Shown here piece by piece: positions 1-10,487 of a DNA stretch of 64,000 bases. The translations under genes were made by a program, and so were the position numbers. Numbering within the stretch: position 1 is the stretch's first letter; each line of letters opens with the position of its first letter. This DNA is from Geosiphon pyriformis uo1 (lineage: Eukaryota > Fungi > Glomeromycota), in assembly GCA_016748015.1 (NCBI GenBank), contig JAAOMT010000708.1:62001-126000 (forward strand), given 5' to 3'. The notes under the pieces are model-generated. The model ran no database searches, had not been told where the DNA came from, and was given only the letters and a program-made list of their open reading frames with translations.

Positions 1-1
1 C

Positions 2-300
2 TTGTGCTATCTTTTTGTTTGGCTCTATTATATAGGCCTTTTCTGAGTCATTTTGTAGCATGGCAATGATATTTCCTATATATTCTGTGTCAATTATTCC
101 TCCTCTTATATTAATTCTTCTTTTTGCTAAACTACTTTGGGATGCTAGTTGAACCATTGTTGTTGCTGAGATTTCCAGCACTATTTTCAGATCAATGTAG
201 GTGTGTGAATGTGGTTTTAGTTTGATGGCATCTTTTTTTGGATACCTCAAGTCAAATCTGGCATCAGTATCATGCGTGCATTCTGGCATAATACTTTCAT
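2..300 (-). pseudogene. dUTPase domain of B1 pol
   Basis: Manual translation: PECTHDTDARFDLRY...ASQSSLAKRRINIRGGIIDTEYIGNI...EPNKKIAQ. These are motifs I-IV of trimeric dUTPases with transition-type changes. Confidence 0.9.
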
Positions 301-559
301 TATTATTACTAAACCATTTCAGCTTTTGTTTCTTGGTGAGATCAGAAAGCATGATATATTGTTCATAGTTTAAGTCAGAGTTTGAATCTGAGTTGATATT
401 ATTGTCATTGTCATTGCCATTTTGAACAGAGCTGGAACCATTATTCTCATCATCATCGTTGTTGGAGTTTGAATCAAGATCAAATGATAATTCTGACTCC
501 GATGTGCATCTGCTGATTGGTTCTTCCTCTTTGGGAATCATGTAGATTATGCGTGGTGG

Positions 560-1190
560 TGGATTGTAAATGAGGTCACAATCATCACAATATTTAAAGT
601 CACTGGGAATTAAACAATGGTGACACAGTCTTGTATTCAACTGTGCTAACTATTGTTCTTGCTCCTCTCTAATGGGTGCCAAGTTTTGGTAGTGTTCATA
701 GAACTCTTCTGGTTCCAGGAAATTTATGACTGGCTCTGCGTTCCAGTTAAGTTTGATGAGTTCTGGTGAGTTGTTTTTAACTGTTCTGATTTCTTCTGGC
801 AATGCACCTTCAATTTTGGTGATTGCACCATAATTCATTGTTGTCGTGTGGACAACTGTCTAATCGCTGTACAGCTCTTTTCCAGGCGGTTTCTATTGGT
901 GTCTCTTTCTCAACCTAGTTGCTGATGAAGATTGTGTATTGGCAGGAAATGTTGCACGTTTCTCCTTTCCCCAGAATGTTGTTCCATATTCCTTTATTAA
1001 GGAGAGTTTCTTTACAGGCCAAACATGGTGTATTATCTCATTTTCCCATTTGTTTTGGTCTTTCAAAGCATTTGACGAGACATGCATAGCAATAGAACTT
1101 GGTTGCTGTCTGATATTCTTCGTCATTGCCACAGCATGTGCCCATTGATGACAATTTTTTGCCACAATCGATGCACACTAGTTTGGGTCA
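560..1190 (-). pseudogene. Cys-rich domain of unknown function between protease and dUTPase (B1)
   Basis: CIDCGKKLSSMGTCC...FYCYAC...PCLAC...TCNISCQYTI...LCHHCLIPSDFKYCDDC; aligns with family A 10630-11230. Confidence 0.8.
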
Positions 1191-1719
1191 GTAATAGGTG
1201 AATTGTTGTGGTGTTGTGTGTTGACAGGAGGTATATAGGTTTGTTGGCAGTGGCTCTTTTTCTTTCACTTTTTCTTTCACTTTGTTGCTTTCCTCCCCTT
1301 CCCAGCTTGGTGTCAGTTCTCTTTCATCATTGTCAGTCCAGGTCAGGTTATCCATTTCTCAGGTAAGTTCTTCTCTTTGCTTTCCCTTGGGGTTGTCGTC
1401 CCATGATAGTATTGGTGTTAGCTCATGGTGGTCTTTGTCATCGGTCCAAGCATCAATAGTGGTTCCACTGGTAGGTTCTCTTTCTTGTTTCTCCTTTCCA
1501 TTGTTATCATTATCCCAGGCGAGTATTGGTGGCAGTTCATTGTGGTTGACATTGGCCCACAATACTTGGTATGCTTCTCAAGTAGGCTTTAGGTGTTCTT
1601 TCTCAAGGTCAATAAGCGGCACTGATGTTGTGATGTTGTTAGATTTAAAATGGCCACACATTGCTGGTACTCGTGTGTGCTGGCCATTTTGGCTGAGCTG
1701 GAGCTCCTGTGTGGTTCAG

Positions 1720-2140
1720 TCGAGGACGACATTGTTTTTAGACAACTAATCATTGCCCACTAGTGCTTGGTATTGGGTTGCTTCCATCACCAAGACTTTG
1801 ATAGGAGTAATGATGCCATTAACTTTAATTGGGAAGTCATCAATTTTACCAATAGGTGTTTTTGTAGCACCATTGGCAGTGATAATTCTAGTGCTGACAG
1901 CTTGATCAACTTGGTGACCTAATTGATTTATGAGTTGTCATGTGATGATGCTGCCTGCTGAACCACTGTTCAGAATTAACTTGATAGAGTGGCCATCGAC
2001 TTTCGCATTAGTGTACATGGCAGTGATGAGTTTTTCTTCTAGAGCTGTTCCACTGAATAAAAGGACTGATGTAACTTCCTCGAGTTCAAACAAAAAAATG
2101 GCTGTTAAAGATTCATCATTGGTAACAATTGCTGGTGGGA
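1720..2140 (-). pseudogene. Retropepsin aspartic protease of B1
   Basis: MYTNAKVDGHSIKLILNSGSAGSII (catalytic D>N), VLVMEATQYQALVGND. Confidence 0.85.
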
Positions 2141-2599
2141 TGTTGTTGGTATGTATTGTTGGTTGTTAATCAAGTTCTGGGTTGTTGGAGGTGACGTCTT
2201 CTGAAGTAACCAGGAAACTTAAATAGTTCTGGGAATTTGGATTTTGGGTGGAACTGATACCCGAATCCTATTGATGAGATCCTGATTGTTGGCCTGATGA
2301 ACTGGGGATCAGTTGATGAATAACCATTGCTGATCTCCAGTTTTGGGTGATTCTGAATCTCGGGTTTCCTAATGTTATCATAGCTGAGTTTTGGTGTAGT
2401 ATTTGAACTTGTTGGGGTTGATAAATTACTTGAGGCTGTGGCTAATAAATAACTTGTGGCTGTGGTTAATAAATTGTTGGTGGCTGCAGCTGATAGATTG
2501 GTGGTTGATATATTGTTGGCTGATAAATTGGTGACTGCGTCATAAGCAGGTAAGCATTTTGATATTGCTTTTGATTGGATTGGTGATTCAGAGTCTGAA

Positions 2600-4381
2600 A
2601 CTGGTGATTGGGATTTCGATAATAGTTTCCTGATCATGAATTGCTATAAGTATGGCAGTTGGTCCTAATATGCCCTTGTTTACCACAGTTGTAGCAGACA
2701 CACATTTCTGGCTGTCATGATTGATTAGTGAATGATCCTGGATGTGATTGATTCTGGAAACAATTTGCGTTTCCTATATCATTACATTATTGGGGTGGCT
2801 AATACATTGTATGATTGTCAGCTAAGTAGCCCTCTAATTTCTGATTGATGTTGTCACTGAATTGTTTTAGCTTGGAATCCAGGTCAGATGATCCATTCAT
2901 TACTAAATTCACAGCTTGGGTATGGTTAGCTTCTAATTCGGTGGCTTCAAAATCTCTGGCATGAGTTATGGCAGTTGGGAGATTAACTGGATGCATTAAA
3001 CATACTCGCTGGAGGATGCTATTGTGCAATCCTTTGATAAATTGGTTCAAAATCTATAGTGTTGTAAAGTAGTCAGCTTGGATTGTCTGAATTTGGTGCA
3101 GATTTTTATGAAAGCATCCCAAGTAAGTGGTGACTGCTTTTATGTCTCCTTGTTTAATGGTGGTGAAAGTACTTACCAAGTGGTTGATGCTGTTGTTATT
3201 ACTAAAATACCTCAAAAATTCTAATTTGAAGGCATTAAAGTTTTGAGGTTTCTGGGCTAGTACCAAGAGTCTGCCATGTTTTTAAGAAAATAGGGGATGA
3301 CTTGCATGGTTCTGGCATCATTCCAGTTATTGGTGGTGATTGCTTTGGCAATGTCATTGATCCAGGCTTGAGCATCATCCTTTTCGCCAGTAAATTTCTC
3401 AAGTTTGGCTATTGGTGCATATGCCATTGGATCTAAGTTGGGTTGCAGTGGTTGTTAAAGTGGTACTAGTGGTTGTTGTGGTGGCTGGTCAATCGATTCA
3501 ACTGGTGGTGGGTTAATGACAATAATGGAAGGTAAGTCCAGTTGATTAATTAAATTGGAGTTCTGATTGTTCTGATTTGGCAATGGTTGAATATTCAGAG
3601 TTTTGATTTCTGGGTTTTCCAAATTTAAATTTTGCTGGGTTTGAAGATTTGGTGTTTCAACTTCTGGGTTTTCAGTGATTGGGTTCTGGTAAGTAAATTC
3701 TTAATCTTCTGATTCTTTTTTCTCTTCTTTTTTAGATAGTTCTCATGGGATAGTGGTTCCAAAGTCTGGTTGAGACAGCGGTGATCGAATTCCTAAGGGC
3801 ATTGGTGATTGTGATTTAAATCCTTCAAAGTATTTGCCATATGGTCCTAATAATTCTGTTTTCCTTTGGTTATTTTGAAATAGGAATCGTCCAAATGCTA
3901 ATGTCGCGTTTGATGTGAACACGCCTGTTGATAAAATGTTGATGACACTGCCAAGTGTATAGTGATAAGATGGATTGGTTGGTAATTCAATCTTTGTCTT
4001 CTTTCAAGTAGGTAGTTGTATTTTCCTGGGAGTTACTGCTGGTGTTTGTAGTTTTCTTTTGCCTTTACTAGCATATGTAATTGGATATCTTTGTTGGGTG
4101 TAATGTTCAATTTCTTTGTTGATCTTAGTAATAATGGATGTGAAATTATGATTTGTTGGTAGGTTGGTGTTTTGAATTAATTCTCTGTAGAAAGTTTCTC
4201 TTGCTGATTCTATATTCACTGGTGTTCCTAACAAAGAAGAAATTTTTTTGTTGACATAGAAATTAAAGGCTGATTCAGCAGATATATGATTGGGGTTTAA
4301 TCCCAAGTGTTGACAATAGTGTTGAAATAAGAATTTCGCAAATTCTAAATGGTTTGCTCCAATATTTTCTGATTCTGCCAC
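2600..4381 (-). pseudogene. gag of B1 (N-terminal domain, capsid-like region, CCHC knuckle)
   Basis: ORFs 4004-4381, 3054-3266 and 2799-3050 (QFIKGL...), plus VCYNCGKQGHIRTNC near 2655-2700. Confidence 0.85.
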
Positions 4382-4391
4382 TTTTGGATGG

Positions 4392-5216
4392 TGTTACGGT
4401 TTAAGAATTTAGCAAAAAGAATCATAAAAATAATACAAACTATTCAATCATAATATAGCACAGTAATAATCTTAGAAAGGTAATGATTAACATAATAGCA
4501 AACACCATCTCGCGATAGTGGCAAGTACCAGTTCACAATAGCAGCCAACACCAACTGGTGATAGCAGCAAACACCAGGTTGAAATATCAAAAAGAAAGTA
4601 TTTTCTCATAGAACTACAAACATGTATATATACNNNNNNNNNNNNNNNNNNNNNNNNNNNNNNNNNNNNNNNNNNNNNNNNNNNNNNNNNNNNNNNNNNN
4701 NNNNNNNNNNNNNNNNNNNNNNNNNNNNNNNNNNNNNNNNNNNNNNNNNNNNNNNNNNNNNNNNNNNNNNNNNNNNNNNNNNNNNNNNNNNNNNNNNNNN
4801 NNNNNNNNNNNNNNNNNNNNNNNNNNNNNNNNNNNNNNNNNNNNNNNNNNNNNNNNNNNNNNNNNNNNNNNNNNTTACTAATTGATAAAAGCTTTATTGT
4901 GAGAATTAGAAAAGTGCTAAAGACCATTAACATTCTGTGTTTCTAGATTAGAGAAACACATCAGGCAATTGCAAGAATAGCCTTAGAGAAGACCCCAGAC
5001 AGTGGGTAGATTTCAGTTCAGCCTCTGAGAAGGAGTACATAAACACACACAACAATCAAAAATTAAAGAATAACTTACATCACAACAGTAAAAAGAAAGC
5101 CTTCAGTGTAACAGTAATATTATCACACAAATAGAATTGAGGAACTCACAAAAGACTGATTGCAATTAAAGCGGGATATCAGCAATTAAATATAACAAGA
5201 AAACCATCTCGTAACA
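4392..5216 (+). mobile_element. Solo LTR of family A inserted just downstream of the B1 PBS (contains an N gap)
   Basis: Reverse complement of LTRs 6940-7805 and 13860-14725. ATGG TSD at 4388-4391 and 5217-5220. Length is close to one LTR. Confidence 0.88.
4634..4875. other. Assembly gap (other gaps at 9732-10313 and 13245-13439)
   Basis: N runs. Confidence 1.
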
Positions 5217-5253
5217 ATGGTGTTTGTTGGTGTTGGTTTTCTGTAAGATTATA

Positions 5254-5270
5254 CCTCACAGAGAGCACCA
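5254..5270 (-). promoter_or_regulatory. Primer binding site of family B (TGGTGCTCTCTGTGAGG), probably elongator tRNA-Met
   Basis: Starts with TGG 2 nt downstream of the 5' LTR. The tRNA identity is inferred from typical Met-e 3' ends. Confidence 0.75.
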
Positions 5271-5272
5271 AA

Positions 5273-6085
5273 TGTTACAGGTGTTTCTTTGGGGTGTTGA
5301 GTAAATACTAAACCCATAACTTGGTGCTCAAAAGCTATTTACATTGTGGATAATAGTTTTAAGTGATTGGTATTTGAAGGTTTTCTAAATAAGTCTTTTG
5401 TATAATGGACAGAGATTCAATAGTTGTTTTATCCATAGCTTCCCAGACTCGCAAGTCTGTCAATTCTTTTCTTGGCTTGGTGGCTGGCAATCCTTTGGTA
5501 AGTAATCTATATCTTCTGTACGTGTTCTACCCACTCACAGAAGTCTTTTACCAGGCAATCCTTGATGTCAGTAACCAGTGCTTTGAATCAATTGGTTAGT
5601 GCACAATAACAAAATCAAAGAAACATAAAGAAAATAAAGAAATATAAAGAAATAAGCCAAGATGATTTGCAAGTTAGTATTCCATCAATAGCTGTGATCA
5701 AAAGCTATTGTTCCAGTGTGGTTAAGTATCAATTACTATTAACATGAAGATTGATAGTGAAGAGTGAAATTGATATAGCAAATGATTATTTATTTGAAGA
5801 TTGTAGAGACTAAGCTAGAAATTCTTGGTGTCAATTTTGTTTTTTCTGCCTTTAACGCTACTGCTATATATACATATCTGAGATTTCTCAATTTCTCAAT
5901 TCCTTGCAACAGGAATCCTGAAATTTCTGGAATCCTGTGATTCCTGATGAGAGAATTCTAAAATTCCTGGAATCCTGCAATTTTTCTGAAAGGAATCTTG
6001 GAATTCCATATTTACTATGTCTACATCTGATTGGCTAATATCTACTGACTAATAATATTATATTTTCTATATTCTATAAGTAACA
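5273..6085 (-). repeat. 5' LTR of B1
   Basis: TG...CA ends; CCAAT (~6030) and TATA (~5866-5875) on the - strand; homologous to 23550-24351, 26994-27761, 36063-36830 and 51484-52335. Confidence 0.9.
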
Positions 6086-6939
6086 CCATTAGGTAAGATA
6101 AATTTCTCAGGTTGTAATAATAGTGATAATGTCCTCTTGGATACTCCTCTGGAACTTCCCTCTTCTTTAAAGAATTTGGTTACTGTTTCTGTCAGAAAAT
6201 CTTTCACTTTGGATATTGGCTTGGATAAAGTAATTAGAAAATCATCTCAAGAGAAGCTGATGGTGGTTAGAAAATTGTTTTTAAGAATCAATGGTTTTGG
6301 GGGGGCCTCTACCCTCTCAAAATTTTCTGGGATCATCAAAGTGTCATTTACTTCTGAATCAAGCTTGGCACAGGCTTCTAAAAAGGCTGAGAATGCAAAG
6401 ATCCTGGTTAACACCGATCTCAAAAAATCAACTGGTCATTCAGATCAGGCTGTGGTAGTAAAAGAAATTCCAGTTGAAACATTGGCTGAGGCTGTGTGTG
6501 TTGCGCTATCCGAGTTTAGAATAATTAAGTCGATCAAGATGCAATTGGTAGGACTGTGGCAAAAAGCAGTGGTGAAATTTAAGCAATTAGAGCATACTGA
6601 TTTGGTTGCAGCTGAGTGGTCCATTTTGATTGGAAAGAATGCTGTACATGTTGTTAGGGCTGATTTAGACAAAAAAACATAGGATCAAAGAAATCATCAT
6701 AGGGTGCTGCTTTATATACTGCCAATGGAGACTAATGTTTATAATATCTGGAACTTTGTTCAATCTGTGGATGGGAAAACTTGCGTCATCGATTGTCATC
6801 CAGTAACATATGTTTGGATTAGATGTGCTGTTGTCTGTTTTGATTTTGCTGAATCTTTGAACACTGCCATAGGAACCACACCTGTGCTCAGGGGCACTAA
6901 ATTATGTTGGTCTAGTCTTGTTTTTACCAGGTATGCCAA

Positions 6940-7805
6940 TGTTACAGGATGGTTTTCTTGTTATATTTAATTGCTGATATTCTGCTTTAATTGCAATCAG
7001 TCTTTCGTGAGTTCCTCAATTCTATTTGTGTGATAATGTCACTGTTACACTGAAGGGTTTCTTTTTACTGTTGTGATGTAAGTTATTTTTTAATTCTTGA
7101 TTGTCATGTGTGTTTATGTACTCCTTCTCAAAGGCTGAACTGAAATCTACCCACTGTCTGGAGTCTTCTCTGAGGCTATCCTTGCAATTGCCTGATGTGT
7201 TTCTCTAATCTAGAAACACAGAATGTTAATGGTCTTTAGCACTTTTCTAATTTTCACATTAAAGCTTTTATCAATTAGTAACAACATGAATAATTTTGAT
7301 CAAGGATTATTCTTCCAAGGGTTTCAGTTGATGAATGATAGTTTCATTCAATAAATAATACAAGTAAGTTTCTTAATACTTTGGGTTGTGATAGTTCAGT
7401 TTTAAATATTCTTTTTCATTTCTTTTTGATTTTAAAGGTTTCTTGGAATATTTAATTTGAAAGTATGATTTAAAGTGGAGTTTGTTGGATAAAATTGGAT
7501 CTATTGCTTGATAAGTTATGATTTTTATTACTTGATTGATTATTTCCCAATATTAAAACTACTGTATATATACATGTTTGTAGTTCTATGAGAAAATACT
7601 TTCTTTTTGATATTTCAACCTGGTGTTTGCTGCTATCACCAGTTGGTGTTGGCTGCTATTGTGAACTGGTGCTTGCCACTATCGCGAGATGGTGTTTGCT
7701 ACTATGTTAATCATTACCTTTCTAAGATTATTACTGTGCTATATTATGATTGAATAGTTTGTATTATTTTTATGATTCTTTTTTTTAAATTCTTAAACTG
7801 TAACA
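6940..7805 (-). repeat. 3' LTR of A1
   Basis: About 97% identical to 13860-14725 by manual comparison. Confidence 0.97.
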
Positions 7806-7820
7806 TTATCCCCTCCTTTC
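7806..7820 (-). promoter_or_regulatory. Polypurine tract of A1 (GAAAGGAGGGGATAA)
   Basis: Purine run abutting the 3' LTR on the - strand. Confidence 0.9.
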
Positions 7821-8451
7821 AAGATTGAGCTCCGTCGAAATCGAAGTTAATTTCTTCATTAAATTCTAAGTTACTATAGTGGTTCAATACTGTGTTATTA
7901 ATTTGTTGTTGTAATTCTTGAAATTGCAAGTTGGTAAGTCGTCCAATACTGTTGGTTGTTATTATGTTCATGGTTGGGTCCAACAATAATTTGTGACAGT
8001 TTTCAAATGCTTTGAAAATTCTGTAAACTGTTTTTGAATGGAATGTAGTGTTGGTTTTTCCAATGAAAGGTTCTAATAATTGGATAGTTGTTTTGTCAAA
8101 CACTCTAGTTGAGTCTTTTGAGTATAATGTTTTTGCTCCTCCTCTTTGTTGGCATGGGTCACAATTTCTTATGTATTGGATTATGTCTGAGCTCATTTTT
8201 GGCCAATAGTAATGGCTAGTTGCACATTGGATGGTTGCTGTTTTTTCAAAGTAGCCTGAATGAATATCTGAGTGCATGTTAAATAAGATAGTTTCTTTTT
8301 CATCCATGGTTATAACTCTTAATGGATTATCTGGATTTTGTCGATTCCGGTAATAAAGTATGTGATTTTGGATGAAATAGTGTTTTGCTAATTTTTGGAG
8401 CTTAATTAGCTCTTTTACTGGTATTTCTTCGTTTATTTGTAGTGTTTCCAA
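7819..8451 (-). pseudogene. Integrase HHCC N-terminus fused in frame (by deletion) to the C-terminus of the 3' accessory ORF
   Basis: MHSDIHSGYF...YYWPKM...CDPCQ, then no DDE core. The remainder matches the family B 3' ORF at 36845-37170. Confidence 0.8.
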
Positions 8452-8516
8452 GTATTGGCTAAGGTTTTTGTAAAGATGGTTGTTTATTGTTGTTGTGGCG
8501 GGTGGGTTGGTGATTT

Positions 8517-9731
8517 TTATGTGTGTTTCATTCTTAACAAACAGTCGGCATTAGCATTTTTGGTACCTTCTTTGTATTTGATAATATAATCGTATGGTGC
8601 TAACGTTTGTGACCATCTGGCATATTTTCCTTTTAGCGCTTTCTTGTTATTTAACCAGACCAGACCTCTATGATCTGTCGTAATCTCAAAGGGTTGGTAC
8701 CGTAAATATGTGTCAAAGTGAACACAACTCCAGACTACTGCTAAGCATTCAAGTTCATGTGCTGCGTAGTTTTGTTCTGCCGTACTGAGACTTCTGCTGG
8801 CATAAGCGATTACACGTTCTCTTCCATTATCATCTTTTTGTGACAGAATGGCTCCAAGTCCAGTTCCAGAGGCATCTGTGGCCAAAATGAATTTCTTGTT
8901 GAAATTCGGATAGATCATTATTGGTGATTCAATGAGCTTTTGTCTAAGGTACTCAAAAGCTTTTTGTTGTGCTTTAGTCCATTCAAACTTCACATTTTTA
9001 GATAGTAGGTAATTAAGAGGTTTGGCGATGTTTGAAAAGTTTTCTACAAAGTGGCGGTAGTAAGATGCGAGTCCTAAAAAGCTTCTAACTTCTGAAACGT
9101 TTCGAGGTACTGGAAAATTTTTCACTTTGTCTATTTTTGATGGATCTGGTTTTATTCCATCTTTTTCAACTACGTGTCCTAAAAATGCTAGCTCATTTTT
9201 CCCAAAGAAACATTTTTCTAGATTTAGTTTAAGTCCAGCGTGTCTCAATCTCTCAAAAACTTGTTGTAAATGTTGGAGATGATCCGTGAATTTTGACAAG
9301 AAAACATTTGTATCATCCAAGTAGACAACAACGGATTGCCACAGGATTCCGGAGTAAATTACGTCCATTAGTCTTTGGAATGTTGCAGGAGTGTTTGTTA
9401 ATCCAAATGGCATTACATTGAACTCATAATTGCCATTTTGTGTTGTGAATGCTGTTTTATGCCTGTCCTTTGGGTCTATTTCCACTTGCCAGTACCCACT
9501 GGTCAAGTCCAGTGTAGAAAACCATTTTGCTCCTCCAAAAACGTCGAAGATTTCATCAATTAACGGTATTGGGTATGAGTCTTTGGTTGTTTTGCTGTTT
9601 AGTTTGCGATAGTCGATGCAAAATCTAATTTTTCTGTTTTTTTTCCTTACTAAAACAACTGGTGAGGACCATGGGCTCATTGATGGTTGTATTATTCCTT
9701 TTTCCAACATGCTTTGGACTTCTTCTCTGAT
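8517..9731 (-). CDS. Reverse transcriptase and RNase H of A1 (open over the sequenced part)
   Basis: SPWSSPVVLV, RFCIDYRKLN, LDLTSGYWQ, MPFGL, YLDD, TDAS, AYASR, ELECLAVVW, TDH, NADCL. Confidence 0.96.
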   Translation of the reverse strand: MREEVQSMLEKGIIQPSMSPWSSPVVLVRKKNRKIRFCIDYRKLNSKTTKDSYPIPLIDEIFDVFGGAKWFSTLDLTSGYWQVEIDPKDRHKTAFTTQNGNYEFNVMPFGLTNTPATFQRLMDVIYSGILWQSVVVYLDDTNVFLSKFTDHLQHLQQVFERLRHAGLKLNLEKCFFGKNELAFLGHVVEKDGIKPDPSKIDKVKNFPVPRNVSEVRSFLGLASYYRHFVENFSNIAKPLNYLLSKNVKFEWTKAQQKAFEYLRQKLIESPIMIYPNFNKKFILATDASGTGLGAILSQKDDNGRERVIAYASRSLSTAEQNYAAHELECLAVVWSCVHFDTYLRYQPFEITTDHRGLVWLNNKKALKGKYARWSQTLAPYDYIIKYKEGTKNANADCLLRMKHT

Positions 9732-10313
9732 NNNNNNNNNNNNNNNNNNNNNNNNNNNNNNNNNNNNNNNNNNNNNNNNNNNNNNNNNNNNNNNNNNNNN
9801 NNNNNNNNNNNNNNNNNNNNNNNNNNNNNNNNNNNNNNNNNNNNNNNNNNNNNNNNNNNNNNNNNNNNNNNNNNNNNNNNNNNNNNNNNNNNNNNNNNNN
9901 NNNNNNNNNNNNNNNNNNNNNNNNNNNNNNNNNNNNNNNNNNNNNNNNNNNNNNNNNNNNNNNNNNNNNNNNNNNNNNNNNNNNNNNNNNNNNNNNNNNN
10001 NNNNNNNNNNNNNNNNNNNNNNNNNNNNNNNNNNNNNNNNNNNNNNNNNNNNNNNNNNNNNNNNNNNNNNNNNNNNNNNNNNNNNNNNNNNNNNNNNNNN
10101 NNNNNNNNNNNNNNNNNNNNNNNNNNNNNNNNNNNNNNNNNNNNNNNNNNNNNNNNNNNNNNNNNNNNNNNNNNNNNNNNNNNNNNNNNNNNNNNNNNNN
10201 NNNNNNNNNNNNNNNNNNNNNNNNNNNNNNNNNNNNNNNNNNNNNNNNNNNNNNNNNNNNNNNNNNNNNNNNNNNNNNNNNNNNNNNNNNNNNNNNNNNN
10301 NNNNNNNNNNNNN

Positions 10314-10487
10314 CGCCATTTGAACCATTATTCCTGGCGGAATTTCAACTGCTATTTTTAGGTCGATTTTGGTGATGCTCCTGGGTGGTAACGTTGTGGA
10401 TTGGTCTTCTGGATAACATAGATCGAATCCAGCGTCGGTTGGATGGGCTCTTTCGGGTATTATTCCTAAGTGCCCGTTGTTGAAGTA
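10314..10487 (-). pseudogene. dUTPase N-terminal part of A1 (rest in the N gap)
   Basis: Manual translation: GIIPERAHPTDAGFDLCYP...KIDLKIAVEIPPGIMVQMA, the canonical dUTPase motif I, in frame with gag and protease. Confidence 0.92.

Larger units (their letters stand above)
1..6085 (-). mobile_element. Ty3/Gypsy LTR retrotransposon family B, copy B1 (5' LTR, gag, protease, Cys-rich domain, dUTPase; rest lies left of the window); decayed
   Basis: LTR 5273-6085 (TGTTAC...GTAACA), PBS 5254-5270, retrotransposon gag fragments (2799-3266), protease LILNSGSAGS (~1950-1980), dUTPase motifs 2-300. The right flank resumes in LINE ORF1 (PLGKINFS). Confidence 0.93.

Noticed and set aside
4487-4933. ORFs spanning N gaps (also 9616-10361 and 13125-13634 on +)
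   Set aside because: Artefacts of N translation.
7621-7706. CRISPR-like repeat array
   Set aside because: Contiguous 23-bp tandem units inside an LTR, no unique spacers, no cas genes, eukaryotic context.
8452-8535. Programmed frameshift between RNase H and integrase in A1
   Set aside because: A single missing base restores RMETHIK...; no slippery heptamer, so decay or sequencing error is more likely.
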